This document shows positions 39,015 through 51,029 of a stretch of 64,000 nt of DNA, in pieces (the first letter of the stretch is position 1; every line of letters begins with the position of its first letter). Location: positions 5,022,001-5,086,000 of the forward strand of contig NC_086097.1 in the NCBI RefSeq assembly GCF_963921235.1. Direction: 5' to 3'. A program made the position numbers and the translations under genes. The notes beneath the pieces are model-generated. The model was not told the DNA's origin, did no database searches, and saw only the letters and a list, made by a program, of their open reading frames with translations. The DNA comes from Mobula hypostoma (Eukaryota).

Positions 39015-42000
39015 TAGAAACATAGAAAATAGGAGCAGGAGTAGGCCATTCGGCCCTTCAAGCCTGCACCACCATTCAGTATGATCATGGCTGATTATCC
39101 AACTCAGAACCTTGCACCAGCCTTCCCTCCATACCCCCTGATCCCCGTAGCCACAAGGGCCATATCTAACTCCCTCTTAAATATAGCCAGTGAACTGGCC
39201 TCAACTGTTTCCTGTGGCAGAGAATTCCACAGATTCACCACTCTCTGTGTGAAGAAGTTTTTCCTAATCTCGGTCCTAAAAGGCTTCCCCTTTATCTTCA
39301 AACTGTGACCCCTCGTTCTGGACTTCCCCAACATGGGGAACAATCTTCCTGCATCCAGCCTGTCCAATCCCTTTAGGATTTTATACGTTTCAATCAGATC
39401 CCCCCTCAATCTTCTAAATTCCAACGAGTATAAGCCTAGTTGATCCAGTCTTTCATCATATGAAAGTCCTGCCATCTCAGGAATCAATCTGGTGAACCAT
39501 CTTTGTACTCCCTCTATGGCAAGGATGTCTGTCCTCAGATTAGGGGACCAAAACTGCATACAATACTCCAGGTGTGGTCTCATCAAGGCCTTGTACAACT
39601 GCAGTAGTACCTCCCTGCTCCTGTACTCGAACCCTCTTGCTATAAATGCCAGCATACCATTCGCCTTTTTCACCGCCTGCTGTACCTGCATGCCCACTTT
39701 CAATGACTGGTGTATAATGACACCCAGGTCTCGTTGCACCTCCCCTTTTCCTAATCGGCCACCATTCAGATAATGATCTGTTTTCCTGTTTTTGCCACCA
39801 AAGTAGATAACTTCACACTTATCCACATTAAATTGCATGTGCCATGAATTTGCCCACTCACCTAACCTATCCAAGTCACCCTACATCCTCTTAGCATCCT
39901 CCTCACTGCAAACACTGCCACCCAGCTTCGTGTCATCCGCAAACTTGGAGATGCTGCATTTAATTCCCTCATCCAAGTCATTAATATATATTGTAAACAA
40001 CTGGGGTCCCAGCACTGAGCCTTGCGGTACCCTACTAGTCACTGCCTGCCATTCTGAAAAGGTCCCATTTATTCCCACTCTTTGCTTCCTGTCTGCTAAC
40101 CAATTCTCCATCCACATCAATACCTTACCCCCAATACCGTGTGCTTTAAGTTTCTACACTAATTTCCTGTGTGGGACCTTGTCAAAAGCCTTTTGAAAAT
40201 CCAAATATACCACATCCACTGTTCTCCCCTATCCACTCTACTAGTTACATCCTCAAAAAATTCTATGAGATTCGTCAGACATGATTTTCCTTTCACAAAT
40301 CCATGCTGACTTTGTCCGATGATATCACCGCTTTCCAAATGTGCTGTTATCTCATCTTTGATAACTGACTCTAGCAGTGTCCCCACCATCGATGTTAGGC
40401 TAACCGGTCTATAATTCCCTGGTTTCTCTCTCCCTCCTTTTTAAAAAAGTGGGGTTACATTAGCCACCTTCCAATCCTCAGGAACTAGTCTAGAATCTAA
40501 AGAGTTTTGAAAAATTATCACTAATGCATCCACTATTTCTTGGGCTACTTCCTTAAGCACTCTGGGATGCAGACCATCTGGGCCTAGGGATTTATCTGCC
40601 TTTAATCCCTTCAATTTATCTAACACCACTTCCCTACTAACATGTATTTCGCTCAGTTCCTCCATTCACTGGACCCTCTGTCCCCTACTATTTCCGGAAG
40701 ATTATTTATGTCCTCCTTAGTGATGACAGAACCAAAGTAATTATTCAGTTGGTCTGCCATGTCCTTGCTCCCCATAATCAATTCACCTGTTTCTGTCTGT
40801 AGGGGACCTACATTTGCCTTAACCAATCTTTTTCTTTTCACGTATCTATAAAGGTTTTTACAGTCAGTTTTTATGTTCCCTGCCAGTTTTCTCTCATAAT
40901 CTTTTTTCCCCTTCCTAATTAAGCCTTTTGACTCCTCTGCTGAACTCTGAATTTCTCCCAGTCCTCAGGTGAGCCACTTTTTCTGGCTAATTTGTATGCT
41001 TCTTCTTTGGAATTGATACTATCCCTAATTTCCCTTGTCAGCCACGGGTGCACTACCTTCCTTGATTTATTCTTTTGCCAAACTGGGATGAACAATTGTT
41101 GCAGTTCATCCATGCAACCTTTAAATGCTTGCCATTGCATATCCACCGTCAACCCTTTAAGTGTCATTTGCTAGTCTATCTTAGCTAGTTCATGTCTCAT
41201 ACCTTCAAAGTTACCCTTCTTTAAATTCAGAACCTTTGTTTCTGAATTAACTATGTCACTCTCCATCTTAATGAAGAATTCCACCATATTATTGTCACTC
41301 TTACCTAAGGGGCCTCTAACAACAAGATTGCTAATTAACCCTTCCTCATTGCTCAATACCCAGTCCAGAATAGTCTGCTCTCTAGTTGGTTCCTTGACAT
41401 GTTGGTTCAAAAAACCATCCCGCATACATTCCAAGAAATCCTCTTTCTCAGCACCCTTACCAATTTGGTTCACCCAATCTACATGTAGATTGAAGTCACC
41501 CATTATAACTGCTGTTCCTTTATTGCACACATTTCTAATTTCCTGTTTAATACCATCCCCGACCTCACTACTACTGTCAGGTGGCCTGTACACAACTCCC
41601 ACCAGCGTTTTCTGCCCCTTAGTGTTAAGTAGCTCTACCCATATCGATTCCACATATTCCCGGCTTATGTCTTTCCTTTCTATTGGGTTAATCTCCTCTC
41701 TAACCAGCAACGCCACCCCACCTCCTTTTCTTTCATGTCTATCCCTCCTGAATATTGAATATCCCTGAATGTTGAGCTCCCATCCTTGGTCACCCGGGAG
41801 CCATGTCTCTGTGATCCCAACTATATCATAATCATTAATAACAATCTGCACTTTCAATTCATCCACCTTGTTACAAATGCTCCTTGCATTGACACACAAA
41901 GCCTTCAGGAGCTTTTTTACAACTCTCTTAGCCCTTATACAATTATGTTGAAAAGTGGCCCTTTTTGTGCTTGCCCTGGATTTGTCGGCCTGCCACTTTT

Positions 42001-42222
42001 ACTTTTCTCCTTACTACTTTTTGCTTCTCCCCTCACTTTACACCCCTCTGTCTCTCTGCACTGGTTCCCATCCCCCTGTTGTGAACTAACCTCCTCTCAC
42101 CTAGCCTCTTTAATTTGATTCCCACCCCCCAACCATTCTAGTTTAAAGTCACCTCAGTAGCCCTCGCTAATCTCCCTGCCAGGATATTGGTCCCCCTAGG
42201 ATTCAAGTGTAATCCGTCCTTT
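39015..42222 (-). mobile_element. Long CR1 (family C): end of ORF1 plus complete but multiply disrupted ORF2
   Basis: DGLHLNPRG ORF1 end; APE 41171..41899; RT pieces 39104-40665; TAGAAACATAG tail. Confidence 0.96.
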
Positions 42223-42569
42223 TCACTATCATCACTCTGGAAAACTGAGAGTGACTTTGAGATTTCCATGTGGCAGACCGAATGCAGAAATGCTGAAGTT
42301 GTCAGTGCTGCCAGAGTCTGGATCCTTGCCAATGGGATCAAGGAAAATTATTTTCTTTAATAAAAAATTAAGCCATTTATGAATTAGTTCTAATGTAACA
42401 TACAGAAACACACTGTTGTAACAGATTAAATGAATATTTTGATGGTTTAATAAACTGTAATTATAGCTGAGCAAATGATCTTGCATCTCCTTTTATGTCT
42501 TGCCTGTTCAAGTGCCTGTTCAAATACCTCTTAAACCTAATTATTCTCTATTTGATTCCACCACTATCA

Positions 42570-43055
42570 GATTCTGATGCTTTTAATCCATGATTCTTTC
42601 AGAAGTCAGGAAAGAAGCATAAATCTTGTTGCTTCACAATCATTTTATTAAGTGTTAGTAGAACAAAGAGAATAAAAAAAGGCTAGTAACAGGAACAGAG
42701 GGTAGTAGCAGGAGAGAGAGAGAGAGAGAGAGAGAGAAGTGAAAAAGGGAAGATGGCATTGTTACATGGTCAGTGCTTTTCATATCCATAGATAAGGAAC
42801 ATTCCATTCGAATTTGCAGATTCAGAACTGTAAATAGCTCCTATTCAAATAATGCAGCACCAGAGAAGCTTCCAATTCTTTGCAGGATTATACAAAATGT
42901 AACCACTAGGGGGCACACTGAACAATTGCATATATGTACTGTGACCACTAGGGAATATTCTAAACAGTTACATGCATGTACGTAGTTATATAAAATACAA
43001 GCAGATAATTAATTGTTCAATTATAGAGGAAATAAAAATTAAACAGTCTAGATCA
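42570..43055. repeat. Unclassified dispersed repeat, copy 2, with (GA)n at ~42712-42736
   Basis: Similarity to 30761-31225. Confidence 0.7.
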
Positions 43056-43057
43056 TG

Positions 43058-43560
43058 ACCATAAGAGCATAAGAATTAGGCCATTTGGCCCATCAAATTT
43101 GCTCTGCTATTTCATCACGGCTGATCCATTTTACTCTGAAACCCATTCTCCATCTTCTTCCTATTATTTTTGATGCCCTGATTAATCAAGAGCCTATTGA
43201 CTTCTGCCTTAAATACATCAAATGACTTGGCCTTCACTACAGCCTGTTACAACAAATTCCATAGATTCACCACCCTCTGACGAAAGAAATTCCTCCTCAT
43301 CTCTGTTCTAAAGCGATGTCCCTGTATTCTGATGCTGTGTCCTCTCTTCCTAGACTACCCCACTATAGGAAACATCCTATCCACATCCAGTCTATCGAGG
43401 CCTTGCACCATTTTAGATGGTTTCAATGAGATCCTTCCTCATTCTTTTAAATTCCAGCAAGTGAAGACCAGAGCTATCAATCACTCCTCATACGATAAGC
43501 CTTTCGTTCCCAGAATCATTATTGCGAATTTTCTCTGAACCTCTCCAATTTTAGCACATG
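43058..43560 (-). mobile_element. Old CR1 3' fragment
   Basis: CCATAAGAGCATAAG tail; reverse FFRQRVVNLWNL motif. Confidence 0.8.
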
Positions 43561-43880
43561 CTTTACTCTTTATTCTCTACTCCATGGAAAAATAATGAAA
43601 AAATAATAAAAGATTCGAGATTGTTTATTGTTATTCCCATTACGCTAGTGTAAGGAGAATAAAATAATTTACTCCGGATTCGATGCAGCGCAAAAAACAC
43701 ACACAAAGGATAACGAACACAATAATTAAAAAAACACAAAAAATATAAATACGTACAATAGCTTATGTACATCGATTGATTATAGAAACATAGAAACATA
43801 GAAAATAGGTGCAGGAGTAGGCCATTCGGCCCTTCGAGCCTGCACCGCCATTTATTATGATCATGGCTGATCATCCCAAC

Positions 43881-46800
43881 TCAGAACCCCGCCCCAGCCT
43901 TCCCTCCATACCCCCTGACCCCCGTAGCCACAAGGGCCATATCTAACTCCCTCTTAAACATAGCCAATGAACTGGCCTCAACAGTTTGCTGTGGCAGAGA
44001 ATTCCACAGATTCACCACTCTCTGTGTGAAGAAGTTTTTCCTAATCTCGGTCCTAAAAGGCTTTCCCTCTATCCTCAAACTGTGACCCCTCGTTCTGGAC
44101 TTCCCCAACATCGGGAACAATCTTCCAGCATCTAGCCTGTCCAATCCCTTTAGGATCTTATACGTTTCAATCAGATTCCTCCTCAATCTTCTAAATTCCA
44201 ACGAGTACAAGCCCAGTTCATCCAGTCTTTCTTCATATGAAAGTCCTGCCATCCCAGGAATCAATCTGGTGAACCTTCTTTGTACTCCCTCTATGGCAAA
44301 GATGTCTTTCCTCAGATTAGGGGACCAAAACTGCACACAATACTCCAGGTGTGGTCTCACCAAGGCCTTGTACAACTGCAGTAGTACCTCCCTGCTCCTG
44401 TACTCAAATCCTCTCGCTATAAATGCCAGCATACCATTCGCCTTTTTCACCGCCTGCTGTACCTGCATGCCCACTTTCAATGACTGGTGTATAATGACAC
44501 CCAGGTCTCGTTGCACCTCCCCTTTTCCTAATCAGCCACCATTCAGATAATAATCTGTTTTCCTATTTTTGCCACCAAAGTGGATAACTTCACATTTATC
44601 CACATTAAATTGCATCTGCCATGAATTTGCCCACTCACCCAACCTATCCAAGTCACCCTGCATCCTGTTAGCATCCTCCTCACTGCTAACACTGCCACCC
44701 AGCTTCGTGTCATCCGCAAACTTGGAGATGCTGCATTTAATTCCCTCATCCAAGTCATTAATATATATTGTAAACAACTGGGGTCCCAGCACTGAGCCTT
44801 GCAGTACCCCACTAGTCACCGCCTGCCATTCTGAAAAGGTCCCGTTTATTCCCACTCTTTGCTTCCTGTCTGCTAACCAATTCTCCACCCACACCAATAC
44901 CTTACCCCCAATACCGTGTGCTTTAAGTTTGCACACTAATCTCCTGTGTGGGACCTTGTCAAAAGCCTTTTGAAAATCCAAATATACCACATCCACTGGT
45001 TCTCCCCTATCTACTCTACTAGTTACATCCTCAAAAAAATTCTATGAGATTCGTCAGACATGATTTTCCTTTCACAAATCCATGCTGACTTTGTCCAATC
45101 ATTTCACCGCTTTCCAAATGTGCTGTTATCACATCCTTGATAACTGACTCCAGCAGTTTCCCCACCACCGACGTTAGGCTAACCGGTCTATAATTCCCCG
45201 GTTTCTCTCTCCCTCCTTTTTTAAAAAGTGGGGTTACATTAGCCACCCTCCAATCCTCAGGAACTAGTCCAGAATCTAACAAGTTTTGAAAAATTATCAC
45301 TAATGCATCCACTATTTCTTGGGCTACTTCCTTAAGCACTCTAGGATGCAGACCATCTGGCCCTGGGGATTTATCTGCCTTCAATCCCTTCAATTTACCT
45401 AACACCACTTCCCTACTAACATGTATTTCACTCAGTTCCTCCATCTCACTGGACCCTCTGTCCATTACTATTTCTGGAAGATTATTTATGTCCTCCTTAG
45501 TGAAGACAGAACCAAAGTAATTATTCAATTGGTCTGCCATGTCCTTGCTCCCCATAATCAATTCACCTGTTTCTGTCTGCAGGGGACCTACATTTGTCTT
45601 TACCAGTCTTTTCCTTTTTACATATCTATAAAAGCTTTTACAGTCCGTTTTTATGTTCCCCGCCAGTTTTCTCTCATAATCTTTTTTCCCCTTCCTAATT
45701 AAGCCCTTTGTCCTCCTCTGCTGAACTCTGAATTTCTCCCAGTCCTCAGGTGAGCCACTTTCTCTGGCTAATTTGTATGCTACTTCTTTGGAATTGATAC
45801 TATCCCTAATTTCTCTTGTCAGCCACGGGTGCACTACCTTCCTTGATTTATTCTTTTGCCAAACTAGGATGAACAATTGTTGTAGTTCATCCATGCAACC
45901 TTTAAATGCTTGCCATTGCATATCCACCGTCAATCCTTTAAGTGTCATTTGCCAGTCTATCTTAGCTAATTCACGTCTCATACCTTCAAAGTTACCCCTC
46001 TTTAAGTTCAGAACCTTTGTTTCTGAATTAACTATGTCACTCTCCATATTAATGAAGAATTCCACCATATTATGGACACTCTTACCCAAGGGGCCTCTCA
46101 CGACAAGATCGTTAATTAACCCTTCCTCATTGCTCAAAACCCAGTCCAGAATAGCCTGCTCTCTGGTTGGTTCCTCGACATGTTGGTTCAAAAAACCATC
46201 CCGCATACATTCCAAGAAATCCTCTTCCTCAGCACCTCTACCAATTTGGTTCACCCAGTCTACATGTAGATTGAAGTCACCCATTATAACTGCTGTTCCT
46301 TTATTGCACACATTTCTAATTTCCTGTTTAATACCATCTCCGACCTCACTACTACTGTTAGGTGGCCTGTACACAACTCCCACCAGCGTCTTCTGCCCCT
46401 TAGTGTTACGCAGCTCTACCCATATCGATTCCACATCTTCCCGGCTTATGTCCTTCCTTTCTATTGCGTTAATCTCTTCTTTAACCAGCAACGCCACCCC
46501 ACCTCCCCTTCCTTCATGTCTATCCCTCCTGAATATTGAATATCCCTGAACGTTGAGCTCCCATCCCTGGTCACCCTGGAGCAATGTCTCTGTGATCCCA
46601 ACTATATCATAATCATTAATAACAATCTGCACTTTCAATTCATCCACCTTATTACGAATGCTCCTTGCATTGACACATAAAGCCTTCAGGCGCTCTTTTA
46701 CAACTCTCTTAGCCCTTATACAATTACGTTGAAAAGTGGCCCTTTTTAATGCTTGCCCTGGATTTGTTGGCCTGCCACTTTTACTTTTCTCCTTTGTACT

Positions 46801-46935
46801 TTTTGCTTCTACGCTCACTTTACACCCCTCTGTCTCTCTGCACTGGTTCCCATCCCCCTGTTGTGAACTAACCTCCTCACGCCTAGCCTCTTTAATTTGA
46901 TTCCCACCCCCCAACCATTCTAGTTTAAAGTCACC
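43881..46935 (-). pseudogene. CR1 ORF2 (APE endonuclease + reverse transcriptase) with two lesions
   Basis: NARS, GDFN, YRPVSLTS, QHGF, AFD, PQG-like, FADD; extra base in A-run at ~45033 (7 vs 6 in sister copy) and CGA>TGA at 44532-44534. Confidence 0.93.
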
Positions 46936-47155
46936 TCAGTAGCCCCCGCTAATCTCCCCGCCACATTATTGGTCCCCCTAGGATTCAAGTGTAACCCGTC
47001 CTTTTTGTACAGGTCACGCCTGCGCCAAAAGAGTTCCCAATGATCCAAAAACTTGAATCCCTGCCCCCTGCTCCAATCCCTCAGCCACACATTTATCCTC
47101 CACCTCATCGCATTCCTACTCTCACTGTCGCGTGGCACAGGCAGTAATCCCGAGA
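46920..47155 (-). pseudogene. CR1 ORF1 C-terminus, SGNH/GDSL esterase-like domain
   Basis: IISGLLP...FLDHW...DGLHLNPRG (DxxH motif). Confidence 0.85.
46923..46929 (-). promoter_or_regulatory. Candidate -1 ribosomal frameshift heptamer U_UUA_AAC (also 42141-42147)
   Basis: ORF1 frame ACT TTA AAC TAG; -1 frame TTT AAA CTA GAA TGG TTG is ORF2. Confidence 0.7.
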
Positions 47156-47159
47156 TAAT

Positions 47160-47600
47160 TATATGTCCATAAAGTGACACTAGGCTGTAGATAAGGTGAC
47201 TGACAGGAAATAATTAAGTAGTGGTGGAGGTGTTGATCAGCCTTACTGCTTGTGGAAAGTAACTGTTCTTGAGTCTGGTGGTCCTGGCGTGGGTGTTGCG
47301 TAGCCGCCTCCCTGATGGGAGTGGGACAAACAGTGAAACAGCAGGGTGGATGGGGTCCTTCATGACGTTACTGGCCCTTTTCTGACACCTTTCTGTATAT
47401 ACGTATGTTCTTGAGAGCGGGTGAGTTGGTACCAGTGATACGTTGAGCAGTTTTGCTTACCTGTTGTAGAGCCTTCCTGTCCGGCGCAGTACAGTTTCAG
47501 TGATGCAACTTCTTCAGATGCTTTCTACTGCACATCTGTAGAACATGACTTGAAAATAGATGAGGAAAGTCAAGCTCTCTTCAGCCTCCTCAGAAAGCTG
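47160..47600 (-). mobile_element. Decayed Rex1-type 3' fragment
   Basis: Reverse of NVMKDPIHPAVSLFVPLPSGRRLR. Confidence 0.7.
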
Positions 47601-47800
47601 GTGAGTTGGTGAAAAAAAGATCGCCAGGCGTGATTCAGCTTTAGGCAAAAGAGGTATATTTTAATGAGACTTCTGAAGTGAAATGAAGGGACAAAGATTG
47701 ATTTCCCGTGTGTTGGAGCCAGACAGCCAAAAACTCCCTCATCAACGATGGAATAAAGGAGAGATGTACAGACTGCTAGGTTCAGTGAATGCCAGTGTTT

Positions 47801-48258
47801 GATAGATAGATAGATAGATAGATCGATCGATAGATAGCCTTTATTGATCCCGAGGGAAACTAGGTTTCGTTACAGCCGCACCAACCAAGAATAGAGCGTA
47901 AATACAAAAACCACAAACAACAAAATGCAAACTATGCCAGATGGAAAACAAGTCCAGGACCAGTCTATTGGTTCAGGGTATCTGACCCCCCACGGGAGGA
48001 GCTGCAAGTTCGATGCCCACAGGCAGAAACAATCTCCCGTTCTGCCCAGTGTTGTATCTCGGTGGAATGTGTCCAAAGTCCAACAGTAAAAAGTTCAATA
48101 TCTGGTCTACAAACACGTTCCTCGATCGTAATATGACCCGGATTGCACCATCCGTTGTTAACCAGAACAGTAAGCACCCAACTCCTTTACGCTTACCACT
48201 CTCAGTGCACTTCCAGTCAGCCGGAATGGTCTGGAAGCCGTCCATGGAAAAGTTTTGA
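47801..48258 (-). mobile_element. Internally deleted Rex1-type element with (TATC)n tail
   Basis: APE piece DGFQTI...ESGKRKG...NNGWCNPGHITI joined directly to the 3' end (FLPVGIEL), AATAAA and (GATA)n. Confidence 0.8.
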
Positions 48259-48865
48259 TCAGGTTTGGAAGGGGAAGCTGCAGAGTAGAGTACATGGAGA
48301 TGCTTTGATATGAAGTCAACAATTTAATGAGCAGAATTCCTTGAGGAGGAAGAGATCAGTGATGAATGAGTGGGATGGAGTGCAGTTCAGGTAGCTGCAG
48401 CAGAAGATGGAACAAGATGGAACTTATCACGGAGATGGCTTAACATAGGGACCAACAAACAGAATATTGCAATAATTGGGTCTAGAGTAAATGACAGCAC
48501 AAGCAATAGTTTCTCAGTAGGTGAGACTGTGCTACAGAGGAGGTAATGTTAGTCCTACACATGGAAAGCAACATTACAAATTGATCAATGTCTCAACTTT
48601 TCTTTAAAAAGCTGGGCTAAATTGTACGTGCTGTTTTTTCTCTTGTTAAAGACACCCTATCAGGACAATGGCAATTAAGGATTGCTTCCAGTATTGTAAG
48701 TCAGAACAAATTTGCTTCATGACTGCTATCAATTACCAGGCATAGTCACCCTAGAAATGTTGTGAAAAACATCTTCCACAAAAAGTAATCTATCTGAGGA
48801 CCAGTAATTTCTATCACCAAAGTAAATCTGAGAATTGATTCAGTAACTAGATCGTAAATAGGTCT

Positions 48866-49434
48866 TGTTAGAGTGAGTTTTTGGGTAGATGATTCATTTA
48901 CACTTAAGTGACTCTGGCCACCAGTCTTCTGTTTGACAAAGTACTGTGGATTGATTTCGCAACGATGCATTTCCTAAAAGCTGTGAATATCAGAATACTA
49001 GCCAGACACAACGGATGGAAGTGTGAAGTTTACAGGTAGTTTCGAAGACAGTATTATCTATATTTTATAAATATGAATTATCCTCTATGTTGGCACGTAA
49101 AATAACAAATAAATGTATTGCGGATTTGACTTGCACTCCTAAAGGCTGTGAGTACCAGCCCAGACATGTTGGCGTCGGGAGGAAAGGATGAAGTCAGAAG
49201 GTGTGATGTTTTGTATGTAGCGTCCAAAGAAAGCATTGTCTATAACTTTGTAAATAGGAATTGTCCTTTGTGTTTAGCAAATAAATATCGAGCCCACATT
49301 GGGCTCGCAGACCTTTCCACCGAAAGCCTCTCCGTCCATATGATGCCTGCTGTACCTTGTTGTGTCAAATAAAGAAGCTGCTTTGTATCTACCAGTGACT
49401 CTGTCTCTCTGGTGATTTCATCCACGCTACAACA
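48866..49434 (+). mobile_element. LTR of a retrovirus-like element
   Basis: TGTT...AACA termini; AATAAA at ~49368; followed by TTTGGTG (PBS-like); sister solo LTR at 37467. Confidence 0.9.
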
Positions 49435-49440
49435 TTTGGT

Positions 49441-50845
49441 GTTACATTGCTCACCCCATCAATAATTTGTAGGGGTTGAGACCCAATGTACGGTTTGGGG
49501 TTGCGCGCAATCTCATCATGATTCTTGGTAATGCATCCACCCATGTCTTTCCTGTCTCAGCTATAGCTTTGGCTAACACATTCTTGCTTGTTTGGTTCAT
49601 CCTTTCTACCATCCCTGAACTCTGGGGGTGGTAGGGTACGTGGAACCATTGTTGAATCCCTAGCAGTTGGCATTTTTCCTTCATCACTTTCCCCGTGAAA
49701 TGTGCTCCCTGATCTGAATCCACCTGAACTGGGGTTCCCCACCTTGGGAGGATTTCCTGAACTAGGATCCATGCAGCAGTGCGGGCGGTGCAGTTACTTG
49801 TTGGGAAAGCCTCTACCCACCGAGTGAAGTGATCCATAATTACCAGACAGTAGCTTTTCCCCGTGCTTTTTGGCAGGGGCCCTGTGAAGTCTATCCGGAT
49901 GTTTTCCCAGGGTCCCCTCGGCCGAGGCTGATTTGCCAACTGTAGCTTTCTGCCCTGACCAGGGTTATGCTGGGCACAAATGATACAACCGTGGCAGATT
50001 TTCTCAACATCCCTACCCATCCCTGGCCACCACCAGTCCTGCCGGAGGGTTGTGATCATGCTCTGTCTTCCCTCATGCATCGCCCCATGATATAACTTCA
50101 GTAGTATCGGTCTAATACAGGGTGGGTCCACCGCGACTCTTTCCTCCCCGTATGTCCAGCACCCATCTGATCCCTCCTTTCCTCCTTTTCTCCTCCATTT
50201 TTCCTTCTCTTCTGCCTCTACCTCTTCATATAATTTTACTAAGCTGGCTTCTGTCGTTTCCTCCTGCACACTTGCAATTTCAATTGTCTCTTGTCCCCCT
50301 GCTGCCTTATTCGCAGTAATGTCTGCCCTCGGAGGAACTGGGAAAACTTTATGCTCTGGAGTGGCCGCAGTCTCTCTGAGTATCCCCTGGTGTTTTTGTT
50401 CCTTCACTATACCCTGAACAGTGGTCAGTGTGTCAGTCTGTATCGCGTCCTGCTTAGGGGGTTTATACAGACCCTCCTCTATTTTAACTGGGTTTATCTT
50501 TACTCGACCACAATCTTGCTTGTGTCTAGCCCATGTTGCTGGGAACTGCTGACAAGGTAACCCATAGACCCCATCCGGGCTCCAGTCTCTGGTGATCGGG
50601 GCAGCTGCGACTATGCTAGGCAGGTTGTGTATTCTGTTGGTTGTATGTTTTCACTGCCTCGACTCGTCCATATTATTTCTCCCTTTCCCGAATCTATAAC
50701 AGCTCCTGCTTCCCTTAGGATGTCTATTCCAAGGATTGTGCCCTCATTATTTGGACATACCCAGAAATACACTGGAAGCTGCACTCCCCCGATTTCTAGT
50801 ATTTGCTACTCGCTGCTTTCTGCTTTTACTGTTTTCCCTCCTACA
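49441..50845 (-). pseudogene. pol: Inverted retrovirus-like pol fragment: protease C-half, RT N-terminus, in-frame deletion, RNase H end, integrase HHCC+DDE
   Basis: VGG...TILGIDIL; WARHKQDCG...QGILRE...VFPV; HGAMH...CIIC; IDFTG, DSDQG, YHPQSSGMVER. Confidence 0.9.
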
Positions 50846-51029
50846 GGTCTGAAAACACTTATCTTTAGAATCACATCCATTAACTTTTCTTTTAAGGAAT
50901 TATTTTGTTTATAAAGTAATATTGTTAAGAAAGTTCCATTGATTTTGCTCAGGTTTTCTGTTGAAGTGGGTTGCATTTGGTGGTAACAAAGCATAAAAGG
51001 TAAAGGTAATTGGTAAATATAATGGGCTG

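Larger units (their letters stand above)
43784..47155 (-). mobile_element. Long, young CR1 (family C), truncated within ORF1
   Basis: (ATAGAAAC)n tail; ORF2 nearly intact; ORF1 C-terminus present. Confidence 0.97.

Noticed and set aside
45773..46549. 258-aa plus-strand ORF (and similar ORFs at 41253, 44569, 18884, 29751)
   Set aside because: Antisense shadows of CR1 ORF2; no independent motif
39015..47155. Tandem segmental duplication of the two long CR1s
   Set aside because: Different 5' truncation points, different flanks and independent lesions indicate separate insertions
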